A stretch of 64,000 nucleotides of DNA from Octopus sinensis. Taxonomy: Eukaryota. The notes under the pieces are model-generated. The model did not search any database and was not told the DNA's origin. It saw only the letters and a program-made list of their open reading frames with translations. Position numbers and translations under genes: made by a program. Positions 21,463-34,890 of the stretch are shown here, one piece after another. Position 1 is the first letter of the stretch, and the number at the start of each line of letters is the position of its first letter. The stretch is from NCBI RefSeq assembly GCF_006345805.1, contig NC_043016.1, positions 2,418,001 through 2,482,000 of the forward strand, written 5' to 3'.

Positions 21463-24400
21463 GCAGCTGAGCAAGAGTCTTTTTTGTGCATGGCGCAAAG
21501 GATTGCCCAGCAGCTAACCTGGCTACACCAAGCACAATGAAGGTACCTTGCCCACCTCTATGCAAGACCACCACAATCAATAGACACCGGATGGCCTCCC
21601 CTAACGCCTGCACAGACGTTACCCCAATAGTTTTACTAAATATTGCATCAAAATAAAACAAAATTTCTTTCCTGAGAGATCTTACTGCATGCAATGAAGT
21701 CCTATGCATAGCACTCGTGGAGACTCACCACAGCCCTGATATAGAGGACGCAGAAGTACACGAACCAAACAATGCTATACTGCGAACAGACAGAAGGGAA
21801 GGAACCATAGTGGAGTTGCTGTATACATCCGGGATGACCTCACACCCCAGGTCTTACTGACATACTCAAATTCGGTTTGTAACACTTACGTATACATAAG
21901 AAAACATAATATAGTCATATGCAATACATATTGCCCACCGGATGCTCCAAACCACATAGGCAAGTTTGAAGATTGCCTCAAAAGAGTTAAAGAAATTCTC
22001 ATGAATCTAGAGTACCACGTAACCATATTTCTTATGGGTGATTTCAACTTCCCCAACGTCAAATGGCACGAATTTCATACTCTCAGGAATGACTCATTGC
22101 AAGCAAGTACAGGTGGAGTCCCTGCTCAACCTCACCGATGCCTTATTCATGGAGCAAGTTGTACTCAAACCAACAAGGGCGAATAACATTCTGATTCTCT
22201 GCTTCACGAACAATATGGACAATATGGACACCGACATTAGTCTCGGATCAAAACATAATAGAGCTGTCTATGTTTGGGCCGAACGTAACCAGAGACATAC
22301 AGCCTAAAGGAAGCACCCTAAATCTCTCCAATCTGAACTTCCACAAAGCAGATTGGAAATCGGTCCAAAAAGAGATCCTCAGAGAGGACTGGCCGAAATG
22401 TCTCTCCACACCAGACATTGACATGAAACTAGAATGTTTCATGTCTTCTGTGCAAGCCGTATGCCAGAAATATGTCCCAGAGCACAAGCCAAAACAATAG
22501 GATCAAGATTCCAAGAGACAGGAAGATCCTCATGAGACGACGGACGAAGGTTGCAATCGTCTCAACCAACATCCCAAAAGTAGCGAAACGTCCCGCCTAA
22601 AAACAACACTAATTGAGATCGAATAAAGCTCAACAATCCTATGTGAGTAGAAAGCAGACAAAGAACCTGGGTTATATAAAACATTAAATCAAACCAAAGT
22701 CCTCTTTCATTACCGCAAGAAACAGTCTCAGTACACTACAGATAGGACCCCTCCTCCAAAAGGATGGCTACCTCACAGACAGTCCAACTAAGATCAGTGA
22801 GGTGTTGAATGACCAATTCAAAAGTGTCTTTACCACCCCGTTGGAACACAGACAAGTGAACGAACCAGTGGACTTCTTTGCCGCCTCACCTATAACCAGC
22901 GAGGCGATTACAATAGAATGTATTGACATTAGCGAAGTGGATGTCCTACTAGCCATAGATGAAGTGGACACAAACTCAACTGCTGATCCAGATGGTTTCC
23001 CAGCACTCCTCCTCAAAGCGTGTAAGCATGTCCTGGCAAAACCCTTCAAGATTCTCTTCCAGAGCTTTCTTACAAATGACAAACTGCCAAGCTAGCTGAA
23101 GGAGGGAATAATATGCCCAATACATAAAGGCGGAAGTAGAGCAGATGCCAAAAACTTTAGGCCTATCTCTCTGACTTCACACATCAGCAAAGTCATGGAA
23201 CGGATAGTCAGAAAGAAACTAATCGCATTCCTTGAGGAAAATAACTTGCTGAGTGATACCCAGCATGGTTTTTGACCAGGTAGGAGCTCCCTGACCCAGC
23301 ACTTACAACATTATGACTGGGTGTTGAGGCAGTTACTCAACAAATCAAATGTGGACGTAATATACCTTGATTTTGCAAAAGCTTTTGACAAGGTGGATCA
23401 TGGTATGATATGCCACAATCTGCGTGACCTCGGCATAGCTGGAAAAGTTGGAGTGTGGTTACATGACTTCCTAAAAGATAGGAGTCATGCAGTAGTGGTA
23501 ATGGAGCCACCTCTATGAACACATAAATAATGAGTGTTGTTCCACAGGGCACTCTCTTGGGACCACTGCTTTTTATAGTGGCCCTCTCAGATATGCCCTC
23601 AAATGCCCGGATAGCCACTCTGGCAAGCTATGCAGACGATACGAAAGTCTCGCAGAAAATACAGAACCCCAGCGATGTTGCACACCTGCAGCAGGAGTTG
23701 GACTCAATCTACAGATGGGATGAGGATAATAATATGCAGTTTAATGCGGAAGATTCCAGGCCCTGCGCTACTAGCATCCAAATTGAATATTAACTATAGG
23801 ATACACCGTCCACAGGGAATTTAAATCCCAGAGCCTAAGTCTGTGGGGACCCTGGGTATCGACATGAGTGATGATACCTCTTTCCAATTGCACATTACCA
23901 GGATGGCAACAAAGTGCAGACGACTGGCTGGATGGATCCTAAGAACATTCAGAATCAGAGATAAGGAAACCATGATGGTCCTCTGGCAGATATTCGTCCT
24001 CAGCCGCCTGGATTACTGCTCACAGCTATGGTCACCCACAAGCGTGAAATTAACAGCGGACCTTGAAGCAATCCAGAGAAGATTCACAAAGTAGATCGTT
24101 TCTTTGCAACTGCTCAGCTACTGGGAAAGGTTGAAACAGCTAAGACTCTACTCCCTGGAGAGAAGACGGGAGAGGTATGCAGTAATATATATCTGGAAGA
24201 TCCTGGAAGGAACTGTGCCAAATTTTGGCATTGTAAGCTACACCAATGCCAGAACGGGACGACACTGCATGGTGCCAAAGATCCCAGCAATGCTATCACG
24301 CTTCAGGACCAGTTACTGCAACAGCCTGTGTTTCAAGGGCCTACAGCTTTTTATATTCTCTCAAAGAGTCTGAGGAACTTGCACAAAGTAGATGTAGCGG

Positions 24401-24580
24401 TTTTTAAATCAAAGCTGGTCATCTTCCTGTTGAGAACCTACCACACGGCAAGAGGTGCAAATGAGGTAGCTATATCAAACTCCATTCTTCACCAAGCCAC
24501 ATATTAGTGGAGGCTCTTAGTAATAACAGTGTAGCACAAAACGGCGGTGCATCAGCATGGCCGCAGCTCAATGAAGAAAT
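21463..24580 (+). mobile_element. CR1-group LINE (5'-truncated, decayed)
   Basis: APE (IALVETH, GVAVYIRDDL, MGDFNFPNVKW), RT (NFRPISLTSHISKVMERIV, VIYLDFAKAFDKVDHG, SVVPQGTLLGPLLF, YADDTKV), C-terminus YSLERRRERY; 3' end GGCGGTGCATCAGCATGGCCGCAG. Confidence 0.9.
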
Positions 24581-24668
24581 ATATATATATATATTATGCA
24601 CATCCTCATATTGTCCGTTTTATTCGTTATTCGAATTGACACTATATATATATATATATATATATTAT

Positions 24669-24700
<32 letters not shown>

Positions 24701-25094
24701 ATAAGTCAGATATATATCTAAGTCAGATAGACTCGAAGTAGACCAAGGATAGGGGAAACAAGTCATTGATGAAGTCGCGAATTACCAGTGAATGACCGAA
24801 TAGTTAATCAAACATTCGATTATTTAATTTGTTAAATGTTAACAATAATAATAAAAAAGAGATAAATACAATCGGAGGGTGTGTATATTTATTGACATAA
24901 TGACTCTTTCGTGATTCAACGAAATCTATTTCAAAATCCGAGTTTACATGAAGAATCTTGCAAACCAAAAAGAAATATATGTATTTACATACATACACAC
25001 AGGCGCACACTCACGTATACATAAAATCATATATTTATACACACACATAACTATGTAAGAATGTATGCATGTATGTAGGTATATATACATATAT

Positions 25095-25390
25095 ATATGT
25101 ATAATTTAGATAAAACTTAGATATGTTTCGACCAAACATTGGTCCAGGCCGGGTCTAAATTAATAGCACAATCTGATAGGATTATCTAAATCCTGTTTAA
25201 GTCAAGCTTGGTTTATGGTCCATTCAAGTAGTGAGTTTTTGTTGGGTGAGTTGTATCCAATTATGGGTGGCTTATCTGGTATTCCTTGAAGGAATCTATC
25301 CAGACTCCGTTTAAAGTTGATGTTATCCTTTTCATCTTTGATCTCTTTTGGGACAATGTTAAATAGGGCAGGGCCTGTTCAGGAAAAGAA
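25095..25390 (-). mobile_element. 3' fragment of another CR1-group LINE
   Basis: Minus-strand translation TGPALFNIVPKEIKDEKDNINFKRSLDRFLQGIPDKPPIIGYNSPNKNSLLEW resembles CR1-group ORF2 C-termini. Confidence 0.65.
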
Positions 25391-25904
25391 ATTATGTTGC
25401 AGTGTACATGTATGCTGTGATAATATATATATATATATATATATCTTATTTCGGCCAGAGTTCTTTCGTCACACTCCTGTGACCGCATCAGTGGTCCTTT
25501 GTTTTGTTCTTACTTATTTGTGTCTCTCCTTACTAACCGTCAGCCATTTTCTATTTCTATTGTATGTCTTCATTTGCGCATGCTTATATCTCTATGTGCG
25601 TCTATGTTTATTTAGTGTGTGTGTGAGGGGGATGCCTGTAATATTTGTATCTTCTGTTCATATATGTTCATGTAATTTGTGTTTTGATTTTGTTGTTTTT
25701 GTTTATTCTTATTTTGTTCATGTGTTTACACATCCACTTATTATTATCATTTCATATGCTTGTATGTATGTATAGCAACAATACTAGTAATAATAATAAT
25801 AAATCGAATCGAAAAAAAAATATCTATATTGTATATATATATATATCTATATATATATATATATATAATTATATATTATATATATATATAATATATATAT
25901 ATAG

Positions 25905-26510
25905 TTATTTATTTCTATTAGTTTATTTATCTGTGTATTTATTATGTTTTCAGGATCCTCTATCGTCATATGTTGTGGTGTGTGTTAGTGCTCCATTTTA
26001 GTTTTCTATTCGGCTAGGTTATTTTCTATTATGTGTGTAGCTTCTGTAATTTGTCTAATTGTTGCATCTGTTCTATGTGTGGACAATATTTTAATTTCTG
26101 TTATTGATTGATCCCCCGTGTTCCTGTTCGGCGTGTTGGTACAGAATCGATGAGCTTTTACCTTCCTTAATTGTCTCCATGTCGTTTACCCGCTCTCCTT
26201 GCTTCTTGCCGTTTCCCCTACGTATGTCGTTGTCTTGTTACTGCATCGTCCCTCTATACACTCTTACTATAGACTACATTTCTGGCTTTACAGTTTGTTT
26301 GTGGGCTAAATCTACAACAGTACAGTACTTATCCGTACAGGGGGTTCTACTAAAAGGATAGGTTCTACCAATTATAGATTTGATAGGGTTGCCTGGCTTT
26401 TCAACACCTTAATTCTTACCTTAAGTTTGTCTAGGGTCCGTCTAAAGCGGTACGCCAGTTCACCTCCAGGGGTGGTGTCAACGAACATGACACTCTGGTA
26501 TTTATGGCTA
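25905..26510 (-). mobile_element. Penelope-like element fragment (GIY-YIG end), distinct from the one at 10-13 kb
   Basis: Across frameshifts: SVMFVDTTPGGELA, CTDKYCTV-CRF..NCKARNVVY..CIEGRC..TYVGETARS, LYQHAEQEH, IRQITEA. Ends near a (TA)n tract. Confidence 0.75.
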
Positions 26511-27157
26511 TCATACCAAAAGTTGGCCTTCCCTATTTTCTTTTTTGTCCTTTCTATAGTGTTCCATGACTTCTTCCTATATATATTCTTTTTTCAACAT
26601 CTATCACCAGAATATCTTCAAATTTTAATAGTGGTCTTGTACGAAAGTAGGAAACCATTACTATTAATCTAAAATTAATGAGAAAATGTAATTAATACCC
26701 ATAAAATTAATAATGTACATGCTTCTTTAAAAATATCTTTCTTTTTTCTTTTTTCCTAAAGGATTGAATTTTTCACTTATTGTCTAAATGTAGTAATTTT
26801 TTCAGTTAGTATTAGATTATTTTCCACCTATTTTATTTTTTAAATCATTTTGTCTCTTCCGGCTTTTCTTTTTCCTTTTCTTTCTTTCTTTTTTCTTTTT
26901 TCTTTCTTTCTTTATTTATTCATTTACTTTTGTAATCACTCACCCTAATAATAAGCCTGAAATAATTCAAAATAATATATATGAAGTGGAAATAAAGTTC
27001 GGGGGAAGAATTTTGACAATTTCTAGTAAATAGTTAAAGAATGGCATTTGTAAATATTAATTTTATTTTCTTTCTCTTTAAAACATTTAAAATTTTCATT
27101 TATTTATTTTGTCGTTATTTTTCATGTCATTTTTTTTTTCTCTCTCTTCCTCCACTT

Positions 27158-27216
<59 letters not shown>

Positions 27217-27970
27217 CACACTAATTATCTATAAAGCTACCCACACATACGTACACACATTTAAACCATACACACACACGCACACAAATATATATTATTG
27301 TTTTTATTATTTACTTATGTATTTGGTTTATTTGTCCTTCACTCGGATCGGTTCAAGATATCCAGTACGGACAAATTACGTCATGCATTCCCTTGCGCTT
27401 TTCTTTAGTTCTCTCTACCCAAAGGAATGTTTACAGTTTAAAAAATAGCAATTCCAGCTGAATAGTATATATAACAGATCACCATCCAGACCCATTTCAC
27501 ATACGTGTGTGTGTGTGTGTGTGTGTCCGTGCATGTGTATGTGAGAGTCATAATATGTGCACATTTTTGCACAAATACAAATGCACTCAAAAAAGAAACT
27601 ATAATATATGTATATATTTATATATGTATATATATTATATATATATTATATATATATATATTCTATATAATATATATATATATATATATATGAAACACAG
27701 AAGCGCACACTTGTATGTAAGTGTATATATATATACTTACATACATGTGCGTGCTTCTGTGTTCATACGATTATATTTACATTCATATTTATACTTTATA
27801 TATACACTGACACATGTATATGCATGTAGATATATAGAGAGAGAGGAAGAAATACAAACACACACACATTTATGTACATGTATATATCTCATAGAAGCAT
27901 ATGTATATATATAAGCTTATATATATAAACACACGCACATTTGTGTGCATACATATATATTATATATCAC

Positions 27971-28021
<51 letters not shown>

Positions 28022-28564
28022 TATATATATATTATATATATATATATATATTCATACATATAATATATATATTATATATATATATATATGTATATGTATA
28101 TTACATATATTCACAAAAACAAATGCGCATGTAAATATATGTGAGTATAGTGTATAATATGTAATCTGTATGTGTGTGTACATGTTCGTAGATATGTATA
28201 TCCTATGGTATTTTAAAAGGAATGTTAAAGTGTAATGTAATTGACAAGGAATTTCATTACATTCTTATTGAAAAAAAAATAAACTAAAAAAATAAAGCGT
28301 ATAAATGAAATAGAATTGGATAAAAAAAATGCAGGGAGAGTGAGGTATATAGAAACATAAAGAAAACACAGAGAAAGGAATGAGAGAGGAAAAGGGGAGA
28401 GAGAGACAGAAAGAAAATGTGGTGTGTGATGGAAGCTAATTCTCTAAATTCTTCAGAAGAAGTCTTGGCTGATTTTGGTCTTTGATAGGACTTCACAAGC
28501 CTAATAAAAAATCCGATGTTTTCGAATTAATATTTCTAAAATCAGGTCAATCGTTTAAAAGGAA

Positions 28565-28895
28565 TATTATTAACCAATTAAAAAATATTATTATTAGTAT
28601 TATATTATTATTATTATTATTATTAATTATTTTATTATTATTATATTATTATTATTATCATTATTATTATTATTATTTATTATTATTATTATATTATTAT
28701 TATTATCATTATTATTATTTTATTATTATTATCATTATATGTTATTATTATTATTATTATTATTATTACATTATTTATTATTATTATATCATTATTATTA
28801 TCATTATTATTATTATTATTATTATCATTATTATTATTATTAATTATATTATTATTATTATTATCATTATTATTATTATTATTATTATCATATAA

Positions 28896-28941
<46 letters not shown>

Positions 28942-28981
28942 TTATTATTATCATTATTATTATTATTATTATTAACATTAT

Positions 28982-29012
<31 letters not shown>

Positions 29013-29013
29013 C

Positions 29014-29044
<31 letters not shown>

Positions 29045-29048
29045 CATT

Positions 29049-29080
<32 letters not shown>

Positions 29081-29122
29081 GATTAGACCTTATTATTATA
29101 TATAATTATTATTATTATTATT
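28565..29122. repeat. Degenerate (TTA)n microsatellite
   Basis: Direct reading. Confidence 0.95.
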
Positions 29123-29671
29123 GCGTGCGAGAGCATGCATGCCATAAAAGTGGGGTAAAATATACGAAGCCCAATATACAACCACATAACTACCCGTCTG
29201 ATAAGGGTACAACAGGCATTTGCCATCATCACACCATATGTGCGCGACATGGTGATCTCATATTAAGATAAACAGCACATGACCTTGCAGGTGGGGCCCA
29301 GTTAGAATTTTCTTCAGGTTGAGTATCCCATCCCGCTCAAACGGTCCCTCAATAAGGGTTGTTTAAGGATGTTGAAAGAACCACCCATGTTTCCAGAGGT
29401 GAATTATTCAAACCCCAAAGAATCCCTCTCAACACATGGCTATGATGCTCCCCCACTACTTCTGCTCGTGATCAGAGATGCACATATCGTCATCCACTAA
29501 GGGACATGCTTAACTGGTTAAGGTCAAACAACTGACAAGCAAATCTGTGGTATTGAGCAGAATATTTGCTGTAGCTCATCTTTATACCAAACTAAACAAT
29601 GTACATGATAACACTTCCAATCAGTTAAGATCAGAAGCCATGAGAGCCACTGCCTGGTACTGCATCAGGGC

Positions 29672-29672
<1 letters not shown>
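29123..29672 (-). mobile_element. ~550-bp (TAA)n-associated element, copy 2 (full length)
   Basis: Homologous to copies 1, 3, 4 and 5; (TTA)n on both sides. Confidence 0.9.
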
Positions 29673-29714
<42 letters not shown>

Positions 29715-29721
29715 GTTATTA

Positions 29722-29756
<35 letters not shown>

Positions 29757-30280
29757 TATTATTATTATTATTATTATTACTATTATTATTATTATTACTA
29801 TTATATTAATATTATTATTTTTGTTACTATTATTATTATTATTATTATTATTTATTATATTACTATTATTATTATTATTATTATTATTACTATTTTATCA
29901 TTATTATTATTATTACTATTATCATTATTATTATTATTATTATTATGTTATTATTATTACTATTATTATTTTTATATTTATTATTATTATTACTAATATT
30001 ATTATTACTAACTTACTATTCTTATTGTTTATCCTATACCTATATTATTATTATATTATTATTATCAGTATTACATTATTATTATTATTATTATTTATTA
30101 TTAATTATTAATATTATTATTATTATTATTAATTTAATTATATTATTATTACTATTATTATTTCATCATTATTATTATTATTACTATTATTATTATTTTA
30201 TTATTATTACTAGTAATATTATTATTACTATTATTGTTATTATTAGTATTATTATTATTACTATTAATATTATTATTATT
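29673..30280. repeat. Degenerate (TTA)n microsatellite
   Basis: Direct reading. Confidence 0.95.
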
Positions 30281-30470
30281 CAGTAGTTTTATTTTTATAG
30301 CGTGCTTTCACTTCACTACCGAGCGCAGCTCTGTGTGCCTTGCGTATGTGCTGTGATTTGTTGTGATGATCTGATGGTTATTGTATGGAAAGTGTTCTGC
30401 GTAGGATGTGTGCAGTGCCTAGTAGTGCGATTTTCTGTATGTTATATGTGCTTGTAAGTCCTGGTGTTTT
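30281..30470 (-). mobile_element. R4/Dong-type LINE, extreme 3' end
   Basis: Minus strand IKTPGLTSTYNIQKIALLGTAHILRRTLSIQ*, then a short 3' UTR ending AAAACTACTG-(AAT)n. Confidence 0.85.
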
Positions 30471-30494
30471 TATTAATATTATTACTATTATTAG

Positions 30495-30571
<77 letters not shown>

Positions 30572-30651
30572 TATTATTATTATTATTATTATTGTTGTTG
30601 TATTATTATATTATTTTATTATTATTATTATTATTTATTATTATTATTATT

Positions 30652-31180
30652 GAGTGAGAGAGCAGTTCATGCCATCAAAGTGACACTGGGGTAAATATAC
30701 GAAGCCCAATATACCCATCATGACTACCCGTCTGATAAAGGTACACCAGGCACATGCCTCACACCATATGTGCGCGACATGGTGATCTCATATCAAGATA
30801 ACCAGCACATGACCTTGCAGGTGGGGCCCAGTTAGAATTTTCTTCAGGTTGAGTAGCCCATCCCGCTCAAACGGTCCCTGAATAAGGGTTGCTTAAGGAT
30901 GTTGAAAGAACCACCCATGTTTCCAGAGGTGAACTATTCAAACCCCAAAAATCCCTCTCAACACATGCTATGATGCTCCCCCACTACTTTCTGCTCGTGA
31001 TCAGAGATGCACATATCGTCAGCCCTAAGGGACATGCTCAACTGGTTAAGGTCAAACAACTGACAAGCAATCTGTGGTATTTAGCAGAATATTTGCTGTA
31101 GCCCATCTTTTATACCAAGACAAAACAATGTACATGATAACACTTCCAATCAGTTAAGATCAGAAAGCCATGAGAGCCAC

Positions 31181-31181
<1 letters not shown>
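30652..31181 (-). mobile_element. ~550-bp (TAA)n-associated element, copy 3 (about 20 nt short at the right end)
   Basis: Homologous to the other copies; (TTA)n on both sides. Confidence 0.9.
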
Positions 31182-31212
<31 letters not shown>

Positions 31213-31217
31213 GATTG

Positions 31218-31268
<51 letters not shown>

Positions 31269-31306
31269 TATTATTACTATATTATTATTATTATATTGTT
31301 GTGTTA

Positions 31307-31337
<31 letters not shown>

Positions 31338-31352
31338 TTATTATTATTATTA

Positions 31353-31401
<49 letters not shown>

Positions 31402-31427
31402 TATTATTATTATTACTATTATTGTTG

Positions 31428-31485
<58 letters not shown>

Positions 31486-31500
31486 CTATCAGCATCATCA
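31182..31500. repeat. (TTA)n microsatellite
   Basis: Direct reading. Confidence 0.95.
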
Positions 31501-32156
31501 TCATCAACTTAGTCGTCGTGGTTGTTGTCATTATTATAAGTTTATTTCGTATTCTTTGTCTCTGCCTCTACAGTTTTTCCTCATTCTTCTTTTTTTGTAT
31601 TATTTTTATCATTGTCATCACGAATACAATTTTTTCAGTATCTCCATTACCACCATCATCATCATCGGTTGCAGCATGACTTTTAGCATTATCATATCAT
31701 CACTTCTTCATTATTATCACAATCATGAAGACGTCAGTCTATAGTTTGATTCTAAATCCTAGGTCGACTTTGTCTTTTATGTTTTCAGCATCGATAAATA
31801 AAGTACCAGTTTAGCTCAATGGATTGGGCATGAAATGCTCAGAGCCTCAGCTGTGACACTTAATGATATTTGTATCGGTTCGTTACCGTACTGGAGATCC
31901 CACAAATCATATGATTATTGCCAAGAACCGATGCAAAACCAAAATTCAATATAAAAATATAGAAATGCAGAGACTTCCTATCAAACTCCAGAGTATTTTT
32001 ATAACTAATATGACGAGAGTACGTAAATTTTTTTTTATATATTAGCAGGACTTTGGAAATGTGTGTATATGGGTTTTTGCGATAATGCTGTATCCTGGTT
32101 TTACTTTTGTCGTTTCTCTCTCCGTATATATATATATTATATATGTGTGTGTGTGT

Positions 32157-32191
<35 letters not shown>

Positions 32192-32246
32192 TGTATGTGT
32201 GTGTGTGTGTGGTGTGCGCACGCGCACATATATATATATATATATA

Positions 32247-32284
<38 letters not shown>

Positions 32285-32292
<8 letters not shown>

Positions 32293-32590
32293 GACCGACC
32301 AGGCTATCAGATGTTGCTACACATCGCTGGTCACAATGCGCTTTGCATTGTTTTTTTTGCCTCCAAATGACGCCATATATATATAAAAGACCCCCTTCGG
32401 TCATGAATGACCATGGGATTTTACCTAGAAAGTTACCCTCCTAGACACAAGTCCGGGCAGGTTGTTTATGGAAGACCAGCAGTCGCCCATGCATGCCAGC
32501 CTCCCCTCTCCACGCCACCAGTGTTATCCAAGGGAAAGACAAAGGGGCCATACAGCTTGCACCAGTGACGTCGCACCTCATTTCTACATA
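32285..32590. mobile_element. Unclassified GC-richer interspersed repeat between microsatellites
   Basis: GC-rich non-coding island bounded by (TA)n on both sides, similar to a repeat I associate with octopus genomes; class not determined. Confidence 0.35.
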
Positions 32591-32830
32591 TATATATATA
32601 TTATATATATATATATTATATATATATATAATATACACATACATCTATGTATATACATTTGTGTGTGTGCGTGTGTATATATACGCACGCTCACACACAT
32701 ATTTTATTTATCCCTTCACTATTAACCTTTCCTCTATTTCTCTCTTTCTACTGTCCGTCATCTCTATCCCCCAGTCTCTCTCTCTCTGTCTCTCTCTCTC
32801 ACACACATTCTCTCTTTCTCTTTCTCCCTT

Positions 32831-32881
<51 letters not shown>

Positions 32882-33129
32882 GAATGGTTGATACTGGTCT
32901 GTATTTGTTTTACCGTTCTATTCTTTTAGCCATTTATTTACATGTACTCTGCATGATTTCGGATATATAAAGGCATAGTACAACTATGCGAGGCCTAACA
33001 TATGTAGGAACTATGCATGTTATAAGTGCGACGTGTTGTATATGCTTAGAAAAAAGGAGCACGATAGTGTTTTGTTAATATATAGAGGCGAGCAAATTGC
33101 TTAGTACCATTTGGCCCCTCTTTATGTTA

Positions 33130-33250
33130 GGAGCTCAAATCCTACCAAAGAGGTCGGTGAAATAAGTACCAGTTGAGTACTGGGGTCTATGTAATCGACT
33201 GAAGCCCATCCTTGGAATTGCTGTTCTTGTGCCAAATTTTGAAACTAATA
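33130..33250 (+). mobile_element. SINE family A core with tail type 2
   Basis: GAGGTCGGTGAAATAAGTACCAGTTGAGTACTGGGGTC...CTTGTGCCAAATTTTGAAACTAATA. Confidence 0.65.
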
Positions 33251-33503
33251 TGTATAGGTGTTGTTCTTTTCTGTTGTTGAGATGTACATTATTAACTTGA
33301 CACCAGTGGAGTATGTTTAGAGGTCTCTTTTCATGGAGCCAGTGTAGATTTCGCGTGCCCATCGGATAGCACATAGGGAAGAATGTTAACGAAGAATGAA
33401 TTGTGGGATTACTGTGTTATAGATTGTGACAAGACAGGTTTGCGTGAAGTAGAAACTGGAAGAAAATGAAAAGGCAAAACACCATTTCATTTAAATCAAA
33501 ATA

Positions 33504-33850
33504 GGCGCAGGAGTAGCTGTGTGGTAAGTAGCTTGCTTACCACCACATGGTTCCGGGTTCAGTCCCACTGCGTGGCAGCGCCCAACCTTGGGCAAGTGTC
33601 TTTTGCTATAGCCTCGGGCCGACCAATGCCTTGTAGTGGATTTGTAGACGGAAACTAAAGAAAGCCGTCGTATATATGTAATATATACGTGTGTGTGTAT
33701 ATGTTTGTGTGTCTGTGTTTATCTCCCCCCTAGCATTGCTTGACAACCGATGCTGGTGTGTTTACGTCCCCGTCACTTAGCGGTTCGGCAAAAGGGACTG
33801 ATAGAATAAGTACAGGGCTTACAAGGAATAAGTCCCGGGGTCGTATTTGT
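33504..33850 (+). mobile_element. tRNA-derived SINE family B (3'-truncated)
   Basis: A-box-like TAGCTGTGTGGTAAG, B-box-like GGTTCAGTCCC, CCTTGGGCAAGTG; homologous to 15207-15690. Confidence 0.85.
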
Positions 33851-33876
33851 GGAAAACTATGTTACGTAAGTAGATG

Positions 33877-34070
33877 TGCATGACTTAGTGGTTAGGGTGT
33901 TGGACTCATGATCCTAAGATTGTGGCTTCGATGCCTGAACCGGGCGATGTGTTGTGTTCTTGAGTAAAACATTTCATTTCACCTTGCTTCAGTTCACTCA
34001 GCTGCCAAAAAAGGAATATGTGCAAGTGGGAAATATATACGCCATAGAAACCAGGGAACCGGCCCTATGC
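33877..34070 (+). mobile_element. tRNA-derived SINE (third family), degraded
   Basis: A-box-like TTAGTGGTTAGG and B-box-like GCTTCGATGCC with tRNA-like spacing; no complete cloverleaf. Confidence 0.6.
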
Positions 34071-34432
34071 TCCATACGGAGTAACGTGAGCGAACCGTAT
34101 ACTATGTAGACAAAAAAGTAATTCTTTGACAGTAATGGCTTTCTACACCAACGAAAATTAGACCAAGAGGCTTACCACCATAATATATTCTTCCAACAAG
34201 AATGTTCCAGTGCCGTTTCATATGGAGCGACGTGTAATGAAGATGTCCTTAAATGGTGTATGACCGGGTTCGTCCTTTCTTTCTAACTGTTGTTGTTGTT
34301 GTTCAACATTGCGTAGTTTCAGGCAAATTTCTAATACATCACCTGCTACTCCTCTATGTTGCTGAGGTGTGTGCAGCATAATGTGTTTTTTTTTTATTGG
34401 GAGTGTGCAACTTTTCCCGGTATTGTATTGCG

Positions 34433-34890
34433 TCAGTTTCTTTTATTTTCTATTTCTTTTTTTCTTCAGGTGTGCTGCAGTTGTTTGTTGTATTAGTGTT
34501 TGTATTGTATGTGTAATGCGTTGGGTACCTGGATTGCTAGTGGTAGATTATTTCATTGGACATTTGCTAAATAGATTGCGTCTTATGTTTGTGGATTATT
34601 TTGTTTAGGTTGTATTATTGAATTGATAGTACCTTGAGTAGGATGTGTGCTGTTCCTAGCAAAGCTATTTTTTGGTTAGTGTGTAGTGTTGAGGATCCAG
34701 GTATAGCTTCTACGTTTTTGTTCTTATGTGCTTCAATTATTACTGGTACTATTTTCACCTTCATGCCCCACATCTTGAATACTTCCATTTTGGGGTTTTT
34801 ATACTTTGGCACTTTCTCCACTTCTTTTTGGTCAATATTTTGGTCAAGAAGGACTGCAATGTCTATCAGTAAGCAGGTCTTCATTATAAT
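34433..34890 (-). mobile_element. R4/Dong-type LINE 3' fragment (restriction-like endonuclease end)
   Basis: KTCLLIDIAV..DQNI..KEVEKVPKYK..MWGMKVKIVPVII..NQKIALLGTAHILLKVLSIQ*. Confidence 0.85.

Noticed and set aside
28482-31744. Long poly-Ile/Leu/Tyr/Asn ORFs
   Set aside because: They are translations of (TTA)n microsatellites; no evidence of coding.
33877-33960. tRNA gene candidates (also near 43640-43700 and 33504-33570)
   Set aside because: A/B boxes are present but there is no complete cloverleaf, and each continues into a SINE body.
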